Assembly (NCBI GenBank): GCA_963713795.1
Contig: CAVQNC010000015.1
Location: forward strand, 124,892-188,891
Source: an uncultured Chloroflexia bacterium
GTDB taxonomy: Bacteria; Chloroflexota; Limnocylindria; Limnocylindrales; CSP1-4
Direction of reading: 5' to 3'
DNA length: 64,000 bases
Shown: positions 9,662 to 18,576 of the stretch, piece after piece
Position numbering within the stretch: the stretch's first letter is position 1
How the letters are laid out: the number at the start of each line of letters is the position of its first letter
The notes under the pieces: generated by a model
Told to the model about the DNA's origin: nothing
What the model saw: the letters and a program-made list of their open reading frames with translations, nothing else
Database searches by the model: none
Translations under genes and position numbers: made by a program

Positions 9662-10993
9662 CTAGAGCGACGCCCGCAGGATCGAGGCGATCTCGCCGTC
9701 CGTGAGCACGATCGGGTTCGTCTTCATGCTGCTGCCGCGCGCGTCGGCGACGAGATCCGGGATCGACGATTCGGTGATGCCGAAGGCCGAAAGCCGAGGT
9801 ACGCCGAGCCGGGCGGTCAACGTCTCCAGGGCCGGAACGAAGGCCGCGAGTGCCTCGCGATCGTCGCTGCGGGCCGGGCCGCCGAACAGCCGGCCGGCCT
9901 CGGCATAGCGGCCAAGGGCGCGGCCATCCGGGTCGCGCTCCTCGAGGGCGGCTATGTTCATCCGCGTCGCGGCCACGAGCGTCGCCCCGCACGCGAGGCC
10001 GTGGGGGATCGGGAACTGCGCCCCGAGCGGCGAGGCCAGGCCGTGGATCGACCCGAGGCCGGCCTGGGCCAGGCAGATGCCGGAGCACAGCGCCGCGTAC
10101 GCCATGCGCTCGCGGGCGGCCGCCGCCGCGCTGCCGCGACCGGCCGCCCCACGACCAGCGGCCGCCTCCTCGAACCACGGCCGCAGGCCGTCGCGGACGC
10201 AGATCAGGCCCGACAGGGCCAGCGCGTCGGTGAACGGGTTTGCCTTCGTCGAGACGTACGACTCGAGCAGCTGGGCCAGCGCGTCCATGCCGTTCCCGGC
10301 GATCAATTCCGGTGGACAGGCGGCCAGCAGGTCCGGGTCCAGGATCGCCACGCGCGCGACGAGCGCTTCGTCGCGGAACGACTTCTTGAAGCCGCCCGGT
10401 CCGCGCCGGCTCAGGACCGCGTTCTTGGTCGCCTCGCTGCCCGTCCCGGCGGTGGTCGGTACGGCCACGAACGGCACCGACGGGCCGCGATAGGGCAGCT
10501 CCGGCCCTATCCCCTCGAGATGATCCATGACGGAGTTGCCGGGGATCAGGAGGCCCGCCACGGCCTTGGCCGTGTCCATGGCGCTGCCCCCGCCGATCCC
10601 GACGACGACGTCGACCGCGTCGGGGCCACCCCCGTGGCCGCTGCCGGACCCGCCCGTCGGGCCGCCGCTTCGATGGCCGGCCACGATCCCGTCGACGAGG
10701 GCCGGCGAGGGCTCGCCGGACACGGCTTCGACGGCGATATCGACTCCCGCGGTTTCGAGGGAGGCACGCAGCCGCTCCCACTCCGGCGATTCCGTGAAGC
10801 CGGGGCCGCGAACGACTACCAGCGCCTTCCGCCCGAACTCCCGGACTACCCCGCCCAACTGCTCCGACGCTCCGCTGCCGAAGACGATGCGAGGCAGACG
10901 CGCGATCGAGAACGCCGGCCAGGCGGCCGCCGCCTTCCCGGCCGGGCCCGCGCCCGCGCGCTCTCCGGTATCAGCCGGTCCTTTCAATTCCAT
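9662..10993 (-). CDS. Iron-containing alcohol dehydrogenase
   Basis: GIGGGSAMD.AKA, VPTTAGTGSE.T, GMDALAQL.ESY, H..ASP....HG metal motifs; start re-called to ATG 10993. Confidence 0.92.
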   Translation of the reverse strand: MELKGPADTGERAGAGPAGKAAAAWPAFSIARLPRIVFGSGASEQLGGVVREFGRKALVVVRGPGFTESPEWERLRASLETAGVDIAVEAVSGEPSPALVDGIVAGHRSGGPTGGSGSGHGGGPDAVDVVVGIGGGSAMDTAKAVAGLLIPGNSVMDHLEGIGPELPYRGPSVPFVAVPTTAGTGSEATKNAVLSRRGPGGFKKSFRDEALVARVAILDPDLLAACPPELIAGNGMDALAQLLESYVSTKANPFTDALALSGLICVRDGLRPWFEEAAAGRGAAGRGSAAAAARERMAYAALCSGICLAQAGLGSIHGLASPLGAQFPIPHGLACGATLVAATRMNIAALEERDPDGRALGRYAEAGRLFGGPARSDDREALAAFVPALETLTARLGVPRLSAFGITESSIPDLVADARGSSMKTNPIVLTDGEIASILRASL

Positions 10994-11012
10994 CGCCGCC
11001 GCCTTCTTTGTC

Positions 11013-11678
11013 CTACTCGGCCGCAGCGGCCGACGTGCCCGGGGCCGCCGGGAAGAGGCCCTCGTACCGGACGCCCTGGCGCGGCTCCGCCATCCACGGG
11101 GCGACTTCGTCTCGCCAGGCCAGGTAATGGGCCGTCTCCTTGTGGGCCTTCGCAGCGGCCTCGTCGACGTACGCCTCGTAGGCCACGAAGCGGGTCGGAT
11201 CGTCAAACGACTGGAGGATGTCGAAGCGCACGTTGCCGGGCTCGCGGACCGAGTGCTCGTGGTTCACCCGGATCGATTCGATGAAGTCGGGGACGTGCTC
11301 GGGTTTCACGTGGACGTAGACCATCGTGACGTACCTCGGGCAGCCCTTCTCCGGCGCGCGTTGGGCCGCTCCGCCGGCCTGCTCGACCGCGGGCTGGAGG
11401 CCGTCGTAGCGGACATTCTCTCGCGGTTCGACCATCCAGTCGACCACCTGGTCGCGAAATGCCAGGTAGTGGCCGGTTGCGGTGTGAGCCCTGGCCGAGA
11501 GCTCGTCTCGATAGGCCATGTACGTCAGGAACCGGCTCGGATCGTCGACGGACCGTAGGACGTCGAAGCGGAGATTGCCGGGTTCCCGCACGGAGCTCTC
11601 GTGGTTGGCCCGCATCGAGTCGATGAAGGCTGCGGCCTGCCCGGGTTTGACGTGGATGTGGACCACCGTGACGTACAT
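11013..11678 (-). CDS. Tandem two-domain ABM/LsrG-like protein
   Basis: Two copies of YVTxVxxHVKP...NHExSVREPGNxRFD.L...DDP.RF..Y.AY.DE..A.AH..T.HYLA.RD.V..WM.EPR..VRY.GL; AGGAGG RBS. Confidence 0.88.
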   Translation of the reverse strand: MYVTVVHIHVKPGQAAAFIDSMRANHESSVREPGNLRFDVLRSVDDPSRFLTYMAYRDELSARAHTATGHYLAFRDQVVDWMVEPRENVRYDGLQPAVEQAGGAAQRAPEKGCPRYVTMVYVHVKPEHVPDFIESIRVNHEHSVREPGNVRFDILQSFDDPTRFVAYEAYVDEAAAKAHKETAHYLAWRDEVAPWMAEPRQGVRYEGLFPAAPGTSAAAAE

Positions 11679-11790
11679 GCCGCCTCCTGGAGTTGCGCCC
11701 GCATGAGCCTTCACCGCGGGTTGCCCGCGGCAAGGTCAATCATCGGACATTCGTCGAGCGCGCCGCGCCGGATAAGTCCCCCGATTCGGC

Positions 11791-12996
11791 TTACGAAGCC
11801 GGCGGCAGGGGTGGGGTCGCAGCCGGCGGCGGCGGCGCGACGTCGCCGCCGCTCATGCCTGGCGACGGCGCCGTCGAGGTTTCGTTGACGCCGGACGACC
11901 CCCCGAACGCCCCTGCCGAACCCGCCGCGCCGGCGGTCGGACTCGGAGTGGGCGGGCCTTTCGAAGGCGAAGCGTTGATCACAGCGTCCGATTGCCAGAC
12001 CACGGACTCGACCACGATCGAGGCCTCGCATTCGGCCCGGTCCGAGGCCGGGCACTGCGCCGCGAGCGGGTCATCGACGTGGACGCGAGCCACGACGAGG
12101 TCGTTCCTCGGCTCGTCGATGTTGCTCATCGGTGCGACGTCGAGACCGTCGATCGACTCCAGGTAGCAGTACGGGATCAGCTGCTGCTCGGCCTGCGTCT
12201 CGTTCATCTGCATCGGGCAGGGTGGCACGAACTCGGGCTTGCTGAAGACGCCGCCCAGCAGGAAGCTGCCGCCGATCGCGGCGAACGAGGCCTGGTCGGA
12301 GGCGCGGTAGACGCGCTTGCCATCGATCTGCGTCGGTATCGTCGGCCACACCACGGCCTCGACCACGACGGAGGCCTCGCACTGCGCCCGGGTGTCCTCA
12401 CTGCATTGAGTCGCTTCGGAGTCGTGCGTGTGAACGCGCACCACGATCGTGACTCCCTCCCAGGGCTCGACCAGGGCGGCGCTCTTCGGCGCCAGCATGA
12501 CGTCGGACCCGAGGTTCTGCCCGACCACAATCGCCCCGCATGTCGTCTGGATGAGATCCCGCTCTGAAGAGCTGGCTGGGGCGTGTACCTGGCTCGGGAA
12601 GCACGAAGGCGCCGCGACGGACGGAGTCGCCTCCAGCAGGAAGCTCCCGCTCAGGTTCTGCCACTCGGACCTGTCCGCCATCATGTAGACGCGCTGGCCG
12701 TCGATCTGCGTGGGGATTCCGCCGGCTGGGGCCGGTCCGGCGGGGACAGCCTGCGGGCCGAAGACCTGCCATCCGGCCGCGACCACGACGGCAGCCACCG
12801 CGACGGCCGCCAGGCCCCCCGCGGCGAGCCTCAACCGCCCTCGGCCGGTTCGGCGCCCCTCGCCCGCGTCCCAGAGCGGCGTCCGAATGGTCGGGAAGTC
12901 TCGCTCCGCCCGATCCAGTTCCTCGTCGTAGAGGCGTGCGAGCCGGCGCTCCACGCCGCCATCGGCGGCAGGGCCGCCGTTCGGTTCAGTCTTCAT
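11791..12996 (-). CDS. Putative anti-sigma membrane protein with a duplicated 4-Cys extracellular domain
   Basis: Overlaps the ECF sigma stop; short cytoplasmic N-terminus, one TM, two repeats IPTQIDGxRVY...GSFLL...C...C...VxRVHxxD..AxQC....RAxCEASxVVExVVW. Confidence 0.7.
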   Translation of the reverse strand: MKTEPNGGPAADGGVERRLARLYDEELDRAERDFPTIRTPLWDAGEGRRTGRGRLRLAAGGLAAVAVAAVVVAAGWQVFGPQAVPAGPAPAGGIPTQIDGQRVYMMADRSEWQNLSGSFLLEATPSVAAPSCFPSQVHAPASSSERDLIQTTCGAIVVGQNLGSDVMLAPKSAALVEPWEGVTIVVRVHTHDSEATQCSEDTRAQCEASVVVEAVVWPTIPTQIDGKRVYRASDQASFAAIGGSFLLGGVFSKPEFVPPCPMQMNETQAEQQLIPYCYLESIDGLDVAPMSNIDEPRNDLVVARVHVDDPLAAQCPASDRAECEASIVVESVVWQSDAVINASPSKGPPTPSPTAGAAGSAGAFGGSSGVNETSTAPSPGMSGGDVAPPPPAATPPLPPAS

Positions 12997-13531
12997 CGAG
13001 CCACTCCCGGAGTCTCGCGAGTCCCGTCTTCAGCCGCGCCTTGGCCGTGTTCTCCGACACCCCGAGCGCGTCCGCGGTTTCGCGCACTGAGAGCCCGACC
13101 ATGTGGTGCAGGACCACGGCGGCCCGGATCGGCCGCGACAGCCGGCCGAGCGCCTCGTCGAGCTCGAGCGATGCCGACGTCTCCGGACCGCCCACCGGCA
13201 GCTCGTGGATCGCCGGATCGAAACGAAGCGTGCGACGCAGCCGCCGCACGACGCGAAGCGCCTCGCGCGTCTGGACGGTCAGGAGCCAGGCCCGGATGGC
13301 CAGCGAGTCCCGGATCGTCGGCGCCGCGCGCAACGCCCGCTCGAAAGTCGTCTGGACCAGGTCCTGCGCTTCTGCCTCGTCCCGGGTGATGGCCCGAGCC
13401 GCGGCGAGCAGCATCGGTCCGTGCGCGTCGAGCGACGCGACCCATTCCGGAGTCGGCGTCGTCGCACGTTCCAGAGGCAGAACAGGCTCGATGGGGCCCT
13501 CCCTGTCGAGTGGTGCCGTGATGGCTTTCAT
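12986..13531 (-). CDS. ECF RNA polymerase sigma factor
   Basis: EAQDLVQTTF..A region 2, AWLL, and R.AVVLHH..GLSVRE.A..LGVSENTAKARL region 4. Confidence 0.88.
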   Translation of the reverse strand: MKAITAPLDREGPIEPVLPLERATTPTPEWVASLDAHGPMLLAAARAITRDEAEAQDLVQTTFERALRAAPTIRDSLAIRAWLLTVQTREALRVVRRLRRTLRFDPAIHELPVGGPETSASLELDEALGRLSRPIRAAVVLHHMVGLSVRETADALGVSENTAKARLKTGLARLREWLDED

Positions 13532-13704
13532 GCCGGTAAAGAGGCTTCGGCCGGGCCGATCGGGCAGGTGGCGAATTCGAGTTTAGCCGCCGAATCGCTC
13601 GCTTCGAATGGGACCCTGTTCTGCCTCACATCCGTTAAGAGGCCGCGGGGACCGCAAACGGGTAACCGGCGGTCCGAGGTTCCTCGCTTTGCCGCCCCGA
13701 CCGG

Positions 13705-14229
13705 CTAGCGCCGGGCTCGCTCGCCCGCCGGTGTGAGCTCGAACCAGACCGCCCTTTCGGGCTCCAGGAGGTTCTCGACGATGCGCCGGATCGACTCTCG
13801 ATATGCCGGCCAGACCACGACCTCGAGCGCCTCGTCCGGCGATGCCCACCGCATCGCGTCGTGCTCGTGCGAGAGCACCGGCTCCACCGCCGGCCCTACA
13901 CGAACGGCGAAGATCGCGCTCGTCAGGATGGCCGCAACCGACGGTTCATGGAATTGATTGACCTGGTCCAGGTCGTAGAAGCCCCGGATCTGGTCGGGGC
14001 CGAAGCCCGTCTCCTCGCGCAACTCGCGAAGGGCGCCGTCGGTCACGGATTCGCCGGGCTCCAGCGAACCGGACACGCATTGCCACAGGCCGGGCAGGAT
14101 CCGGCCTGGAGAGCGCCGCAGCAGCAGGATTTCGAGCTGGAGCTTGGGCGGCCCGACCGCGACGTCGGAGTCCCGACGCACGAAGCGGAAGATCCAGCAG
14201 TCGACAAGGTCCGGCCGGAACGGGCTCAC
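13705..14229 (-). CDS. NUDIX hydrolase (NudB-like)
   Basis: WQCVSGSLEPGES...ALRELREETG Nudix box; LSHEHDA.RW. Confidence 0.88.
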   Translation of the reverse strand: MSPFRPDLVDCWIFRFVRRDSDVAVGPPKLQLEILLLRRSPGRILPGLWQCVSGSLEPGESVTDGALRELREETGFGPDQIRGFYDLDQVNQFHEPSVAAILTSAIFAVRVGPAVEPVLSHEHDAMRWASPDEALEVVVWPAYRESIRRIVENLLEPERAVWFELTPAGERARR

Positions 14230-14252
14230 GATCTCATCCGGCCGGCGCTCGG

Positions 14253-14582
14253 CTAGATCCGCTCGAGCCGCTCGATGGGCAGGACGAAGATGACGGCTCC
14301 GCCCACCTCAACCTCGAGCGGGTACGGCATGAAGAACTCGCCGGGCTCCATGATCGGCGGAATGGGGCTCACGGTCTGGGTCCGGGCCCGGCAGTTGTCA
14401 CGTACCAGGGCAACCACGTCATCGACCTTGTCGTCGGCGACGCCGAGGAGGATCGTCGCGTTCGCCTGCTTGAGGAAGCCGCCCGAGCTGTGCAGCCACG
14501 TGGCCCTGTACTCATGGGCCAAAAGGGCGTCGATCAGGACGCGGGCGTCCTCGTTGTGGACGACGGCGATGACGAGCTTCAC
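14253..14582 (-). CDS. darA: Cyclic di-AMP receptor, PII-like (DarA/PstA family)
   Basis: KLVIAVVHNEDA, SSGGFLKQANAT, EVEVGGAVIFV motifs; GTG start 6 nt after TATACT. Confidence 0.9.
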   Translation of the reverse strand: MKLVIAVVHNEDARVLIDALLAHEYRATWLHSSGGFLKQANATILLGVADDKVDDVVALVRDNCRARTQTVSPIPPIMEPGEFFMPYPLEVEVGGAVIFVLPIERLERI

Positions 14583-14727
14583 GGTCGGAGTATATGCGGC
14601 AGATCCGTCCAGGCGAGGTCCCAGCTCATCGAATTGCGCCGCTCGCCGCGCCTTGCCAGTCGCGATCGAGGGACCCGGGCCGTACAATCCCAGCGGGGAC
14701 CGCTGTCCCGCGCACGGGGAGGATCAA

Positions 14728-15759
14728 GTGTCCGGCGAGCTACCGCTTCACGATCGAACCGATGGCCAGCTCTTCGCGGCGGCAGCCGCCGCTGTCGCCC
14801 GCGGCGACGACCTCGACGACTCGCTGGCCGAGTTGCTCGGGCTGGCGGCAGAGCACCTCCGGGCTGGCTCGGGAGCCGTCTATATCGTCAATCCGGATCG
14901 CGATGAGCTCGAGCTGGCGGTCACGCATGGCGTCGACGCGGACGTGGCGGCGGCCGAGGGTCCGGTGCCGGCGGTGTCCAAGAGTCACGATCCACTGGCC
15001 GACGTCACCCGCTCGCGCCAGCCGCTGGAGGTGGGCGACGCGGCCCACGTGGCCATCCTCCGAGGCGCCGCGACCGCCCTGCTGCTGCCCCTCGTCGTGC
15101 GGCGCGACGGCATCGAGATCGCGCTCGGCGTCATGGCGCTCGGGTTCGCCGGGCCGCTGCCCGCGCGCGAGGCGCTCGGCGGGGCGGAGCCGCTCGCCGA
15201 TCTCGCGGCCGTGGCGATCGAACGGGCACTGGCCCTCTCGCTCGGCTCGGAGCGGGCCGAGTGGTTCGACCGGCTCGCTCACACCGACCCGCTCACCGGC
15301 CTGGCCAACCGTCGCGCGCTGGATCGGACGCTCGAGTTCGAAGTTGCCCGGGCCGGCCGGCAGGGCATGCCCTTGAGCATCGCGATCCTGGAGATCGACC
15401 ACTTCGCGGAGATCCAGAAGACCGGCGGCAACTCGGCCGGAGACGACGCCCTGCGCCGCGTGGCCCAGGTCCTGGCGGAGTCGGTCAGGCTCATGGACAC
15501 GGTCGCCCGCTACGGCAACGAGCAGTTCATCCTGATCGCGCCGGGTCCCGACGGGCTCGTCGTCGCGGAACGGCTCGTGCGCGGCGTCGCGGCTCTGGCC
15601 CCAATCGAGGGTCGAGGCCTCTCGGTCTCGGCCGGGCTCGCCGGCTTCCCGCTGGATGGCCGGACCACGGAGGAGCTGCTGGCCGTGGCGGAGGAAGCCG
15701 CCGGGGTCGCCCGGGGAGCCGGCGGAAACCGGGTCGCTACGCGAGCCGTCGCGGAGTAG
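14728..15759 (+). CDS. GAF plus degenerate GGDEF protein
   Basis: GAF-like N-terminus; TDPLTGLANRR; ARYGNEQF in place of GGDEF; GGAGGA RBS before GTG 14728; TACAAT at 14683-14688. Confidence 0.85.
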   Translation: MSGELPLHDRTDGQLFAAAAAAVARGDDLDDSLAELLGLAAEHLRAGSGAVYIVNPDRDELELAVTHGVDADVAAAEGPVPAVSKSHDPLADVTRSRQPLEVGDAAHVAILRGAATALLLPLVVRRDGIEIALGVMALGFAGPLPAREALGGAEPLADLAAVAIERALALSLGSERAEWFDRLAHTDPLTGLANRRALDRTLEFEVARAGRQGMPLSIAILEIDHFAEIQKTGGNSAGDDALRRVAQVLAESVRLMDTVARYGNEQFILIAPGPDGLVVAERLVRGVAALAPIEGRGLSVSAGLAGFPLDGRTTEELLAVAEEAAGVARGAGGNRVATRAVAE

Positions 15760-15804
15760 AGGCGCGCGGCGGGGCCGCACCGACCACCGGCTGCGGATTC
15801 GGGG

Positions 15805-16677
15805 TCAGATGCTGACCATCCCGCTGGCGATCGTCGGGCCGGTCGGCTGCGTCACGTTTTCGTTCGGCTCCATCGAGACGTAGAGCCACAGGCTCGCGGA
15901 CGTGGGAACGTTGTCCACCTCGAGGTAGCCGACACCGTTTTCGTCGGGGGTGAACGAACCGACTTTGGTCGGGCCGCCCTGATCCGTGGTCAACCAGACG
16001 ACGTAGACCTGATCATTCTTGGTCGCGGCCAGGCCGTACAGCTTCACGATGATGTGGCCGGTGGGCATCAGGGCGGCGATGCCACCGGCCTTCGATCCCC
16101 CGACCCCCGACATCACGGCCGTCCGCGTGTCGTTCAGGGTCAGGGCGTTGTTGATCTTGGCATCTTCTGTCTGGGCCTTAAGGGCCGAGGACAGGTCGCC
16201 CTGGAGCACGACTCCGGCACCGGCCAGGGTTACGACGGCAACGACCGCGGCCACTCTCATGGTCCAGGTCAAGAAGCGGCGGCGGCGGGAGGCTCGGGCT
16301 CGGGCAAGCGACACGGGCTGTTCCGCGGATGCTTGCAGGCGGCCCGGCTCGGCGGCCGCCGACAGCGCGGCCGGAGCGATAGCCGGCGGGACGCCGGGAT
16401 CGACGAGCCCAGGTTCGGGCAGCCTGCCGAGGCGGCGACTGGCCAGCAGATCCACCCGCGCGGCCGTGATGACCGACTCGCGCAGCCAGGCGGGCGGCTC
16501 GACGGGCTCGAGCGACTCGGCCAGGTACGGCAGGACGCCGCCGAGCTCGTCTACCTCCGGATGCCTTTCCGGACAGGTTTCCAGGTGGTCGGAAACGGCG
16601 ATCATCTCATCGGCATCGAGGGCCCCGAGGACGAAGCCGGGGGCGAGTTCGCGAACGCGATCGCAGGTGATCGTCAT
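15805..16677 (-). CDS. Anti-sigma factor, RskA-like (ZAS-like N-terminus, TM, extracellular RskA domain)
   Basis: C..VRELAPGFVLGALD.DE.....HLETC; TM; C-terminal VYVVW...VSMEP....QPTG; directly follows the sigma gene. Confidence 0.85.
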   Translation of the reverse strand: MTITCDRVRELAPGFVLGALDADEMIAVSDHLETCPERHPEVDELGGVLPYLAESLEPVEPPAWLRESVITAARVDLLASRRLGRLPEPGLVDPGVPPAIAPAALSAAAEPGRLQASAEQPVSLARARASRRRRFLTWTMRVAAVVAVVTLAGAGVVLQGDLSSALKAQTEDAKINNALTLNDTRTAVMSGVGGSKAGGIAALMPTGHIIVKLYGLAATKNDQVYVVWLTTDQGGPTKVGSFTPDENGVGYLEVDNVPTSASLWLYVSMEPNENVTQPTGPTIASGMVSI

Positions 16678-16678
16678 C

Positions 16679-17353
16679 TCAGGCCCGGTCTTTCTTGCCG
16701 TTGGTCGAGGCGGCGGCGGTCGGCGCGGCGGCCGAGCCGACTGCGCCATCGTCCCGGCTGCCCAGGTGTTCGCGCATCGAGACGAGTCCGAGCCGCATCC
16801 GGCTCTTCACGGTGCCGAGCGGCGCATGAGTCAGGTCCGCGATCTCGCGCTGGGTCAGGCCGTCGAAGTAGGCGAGCTCGAGGACTTCGCGCTGGGCCGG
16901 CGGCAGGGCGGTCAGGGCCCGGCGAACCTGCTCGGCATCCAGACGCCCGGCGACTTCGGGCCAGACGTCCGGCACGGTGAGGGAGGCCGGAAGAGCATCG
17001 TCGACCTCGTCGCCCAGGGCCACGCCGGCCCGCCGGCGGCGCATCGCGTCGATGGCGCGATGCCGCACGATGGCCAGCAGCCAGCCCCGGACGCTGCCCT
17101 TGGCTTCGGCATAGCGACCCGCATTCCGCCACACACCGAGGAACGAGTCCTGGACGACGTCCTCGGCCAGCCCGGTTTCAGTCGTGATCCGCAGAGCCAG
17201 GGCGTACGCCATCGTGTGATAGCGGTCGTATAGCATCTCGAGCCCGCCGATTTCCCCGACGGCAACCTGCCGCATTAGCTCGGCCTCCGACTGTCCCTCC
17301 GACATGGCGTCGGCAGCGACCAGCGGCTCATGGGCAGCCACTGTGTCTCTCAT
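16679..17353 (-). CDS. ECF sigma factor, SigK-like
   Basis: LYDRY...AY.LALRI....LAEDVVQDSFL.VWR.A.RY...KGSVRGWL; LAYFDGLTQREIA.....PLGTVKSRMRLGL. Start at 17353 is supported by an ECF-type promoter. Confidence 0.9.
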   Translation of the reverse strand: MRDTVAAHEPLVAADAMSEGQSEAELMRQVAVGEIGGLEMLYDRYHTMAYALALRITTETGLAEDVVQDSFLGVWRNAGRYAEAKGSVRGWLLAIVRHRAIDAMRRRRAGVALGDEVDDALPASLTVPDVWPEVAGRLDAEQVRRALTALPPAQREVLELAYFDGLTQREIADLTHAPLGTVKSRMRLGLVSMREHLGSRDDGAVGSAAAPTAAASTNGKKDRA

Positions 17354-17386
17354 TGGTCCATTCGCAGGGAAAGGCATTCCGGTTCA
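17354..17386 (-). promoter_or_regulatory. Putative ECF-type autoregulatory promoter, leaderless
   Basis: Minus strand TGAACC-N16-CGAAT-N6-ATG(17353). Confidence 0.6.
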
Positions 17387-17464
17387 CCAGGGGCCGGCAC
17401 CGAGTTGCCGGAGGACCACATAACGGTACCCAAATCCAGGCGGCCCGGGGCGCGCCGCTCCGTG

Positions 17465-17870
17465 ACGCCCGGGCCGGCGGCGCCAGCCGGGGAGATGACC
17501 GCCGCGCTCTTCTGCCGTGCCGGCCGCGGCAAAACGCCCGAGCCGGCGGTGCCAGCCGGGGAGATGACCGCCGCGCTCTTCTGCCGTGCCGGCCGCGGCA
17601 AAACGCCCGAGCCGTCTGCCCCAGCCGGGGGGATGGCCGGCGCGCTCTTCTGCCGTGCCAGCCGCGGCAACGCGCCCGGGCCGGCGGCGCCGATCGGGGG
17701 GATGCGTGGTTCTGTGCCGTTCGGCGGCACCGAGACGCCCGGGCCGGCGGCGCCAGCCGGGGAGATGGCCGGGCCGGCGGCGTTCGGCGGCACCGAGACG
17801 CCTGGGCCGGCGGCGCCAATCGGGGAGATGCGTGGTTCTGTGCCGTTCGGCGGCACGGCCGGCCGCGGTA
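17465..17870. repeat. Minisatellite with three 69-bp units followed by three ~63-bp units
   Basis: Units start at 17465, 17534, 17603, 17672, 17735 and 17798. All share an ACGCCCGGGCCGGCGGCGCC..CGGGG.GATG-like head and have variable tails. Confidence 0.9.
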
Positions 17871-18576
17871 GCGCGCCGACGTCAACCGGAGCGGGCCGGA
17901 CGCGCAGCTCTGCCGCGGGCCTCGGTCGGTCTCCACTTCGACACGCCGGAGTCCCGACTGCCGAACCGCCGCGAGCCTCGACGACTTGCGCGGCCGCTCC
18001 CCGACGGCTGCCATCAACGGTCATCTGCGGAGTCTATCCGAGCCGCATCGGCCGGAACTTCGGCTGGGAAAGCGTTGCGGCTGAGAGTAGACGTCGCGCA
18101 ACGGATGCGGACGGGTGCCGACTGCGGGCCGAGCTGCGGAGCGCGGCGGCGAGGCGGTGAACGGGCGGCCGCGACTCGTGGCCAGGCCGGCGCGCGGCGG
18201 CGACCCCGTCAAACGAGCGGATCGGCGGCAACGCCCTCTGGGACCTGCCGAGCGCGGGCCGGCGGGCACGGCCGACGGACCGGCCACGCAGCAGCAGGTC
18301 TCTTTGATCTGGGCGCCATCCGCGCGGTTCTGACGTCCGCGCCGCTTCTGCCGTTCCCGGGCAGCCTCGTGGCCCGGGGCTCGGGCCGGCGGCGGACGGG
18401 CCGGTGACGGGCCGGTGGGGCACGGGCCGGTGGGGCGCCGGAGGCCAACGTCCGGCGGCCTATACGCCGAGCGCGCTTCCGACGGCGCCCGGGCGGCGGC
18501 GAACAGGCCGGTGGCGGGCGGGCGGGCGGTGGGTGGCGCCGAACGTGCGGTCGCCGGGCTCCCGGTGCCGGCCGGC

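Noticed and set aside
13585-13700. c-di-AMP (ydaO) or c-di-GMP riboswitch near darA
   Set aside because: Only fragments match (GCCGAATC, GCAAA). The CAGCUAAC element of ydaO and the GACGCAAAG/tetraloop-receptor of c-di-GMP-I are absent.
14275-14727. Long N-terminal extensions in the ORF track (GGDEF 14275, ATPase 4243, ADH 11206, permease 29104, ATPase 31536, RR 50549, SBP 60782)
   Set aside because: They overlap neighbouring real genes, and better starts with an RBS, -10 box or stop overlap exist downstream.
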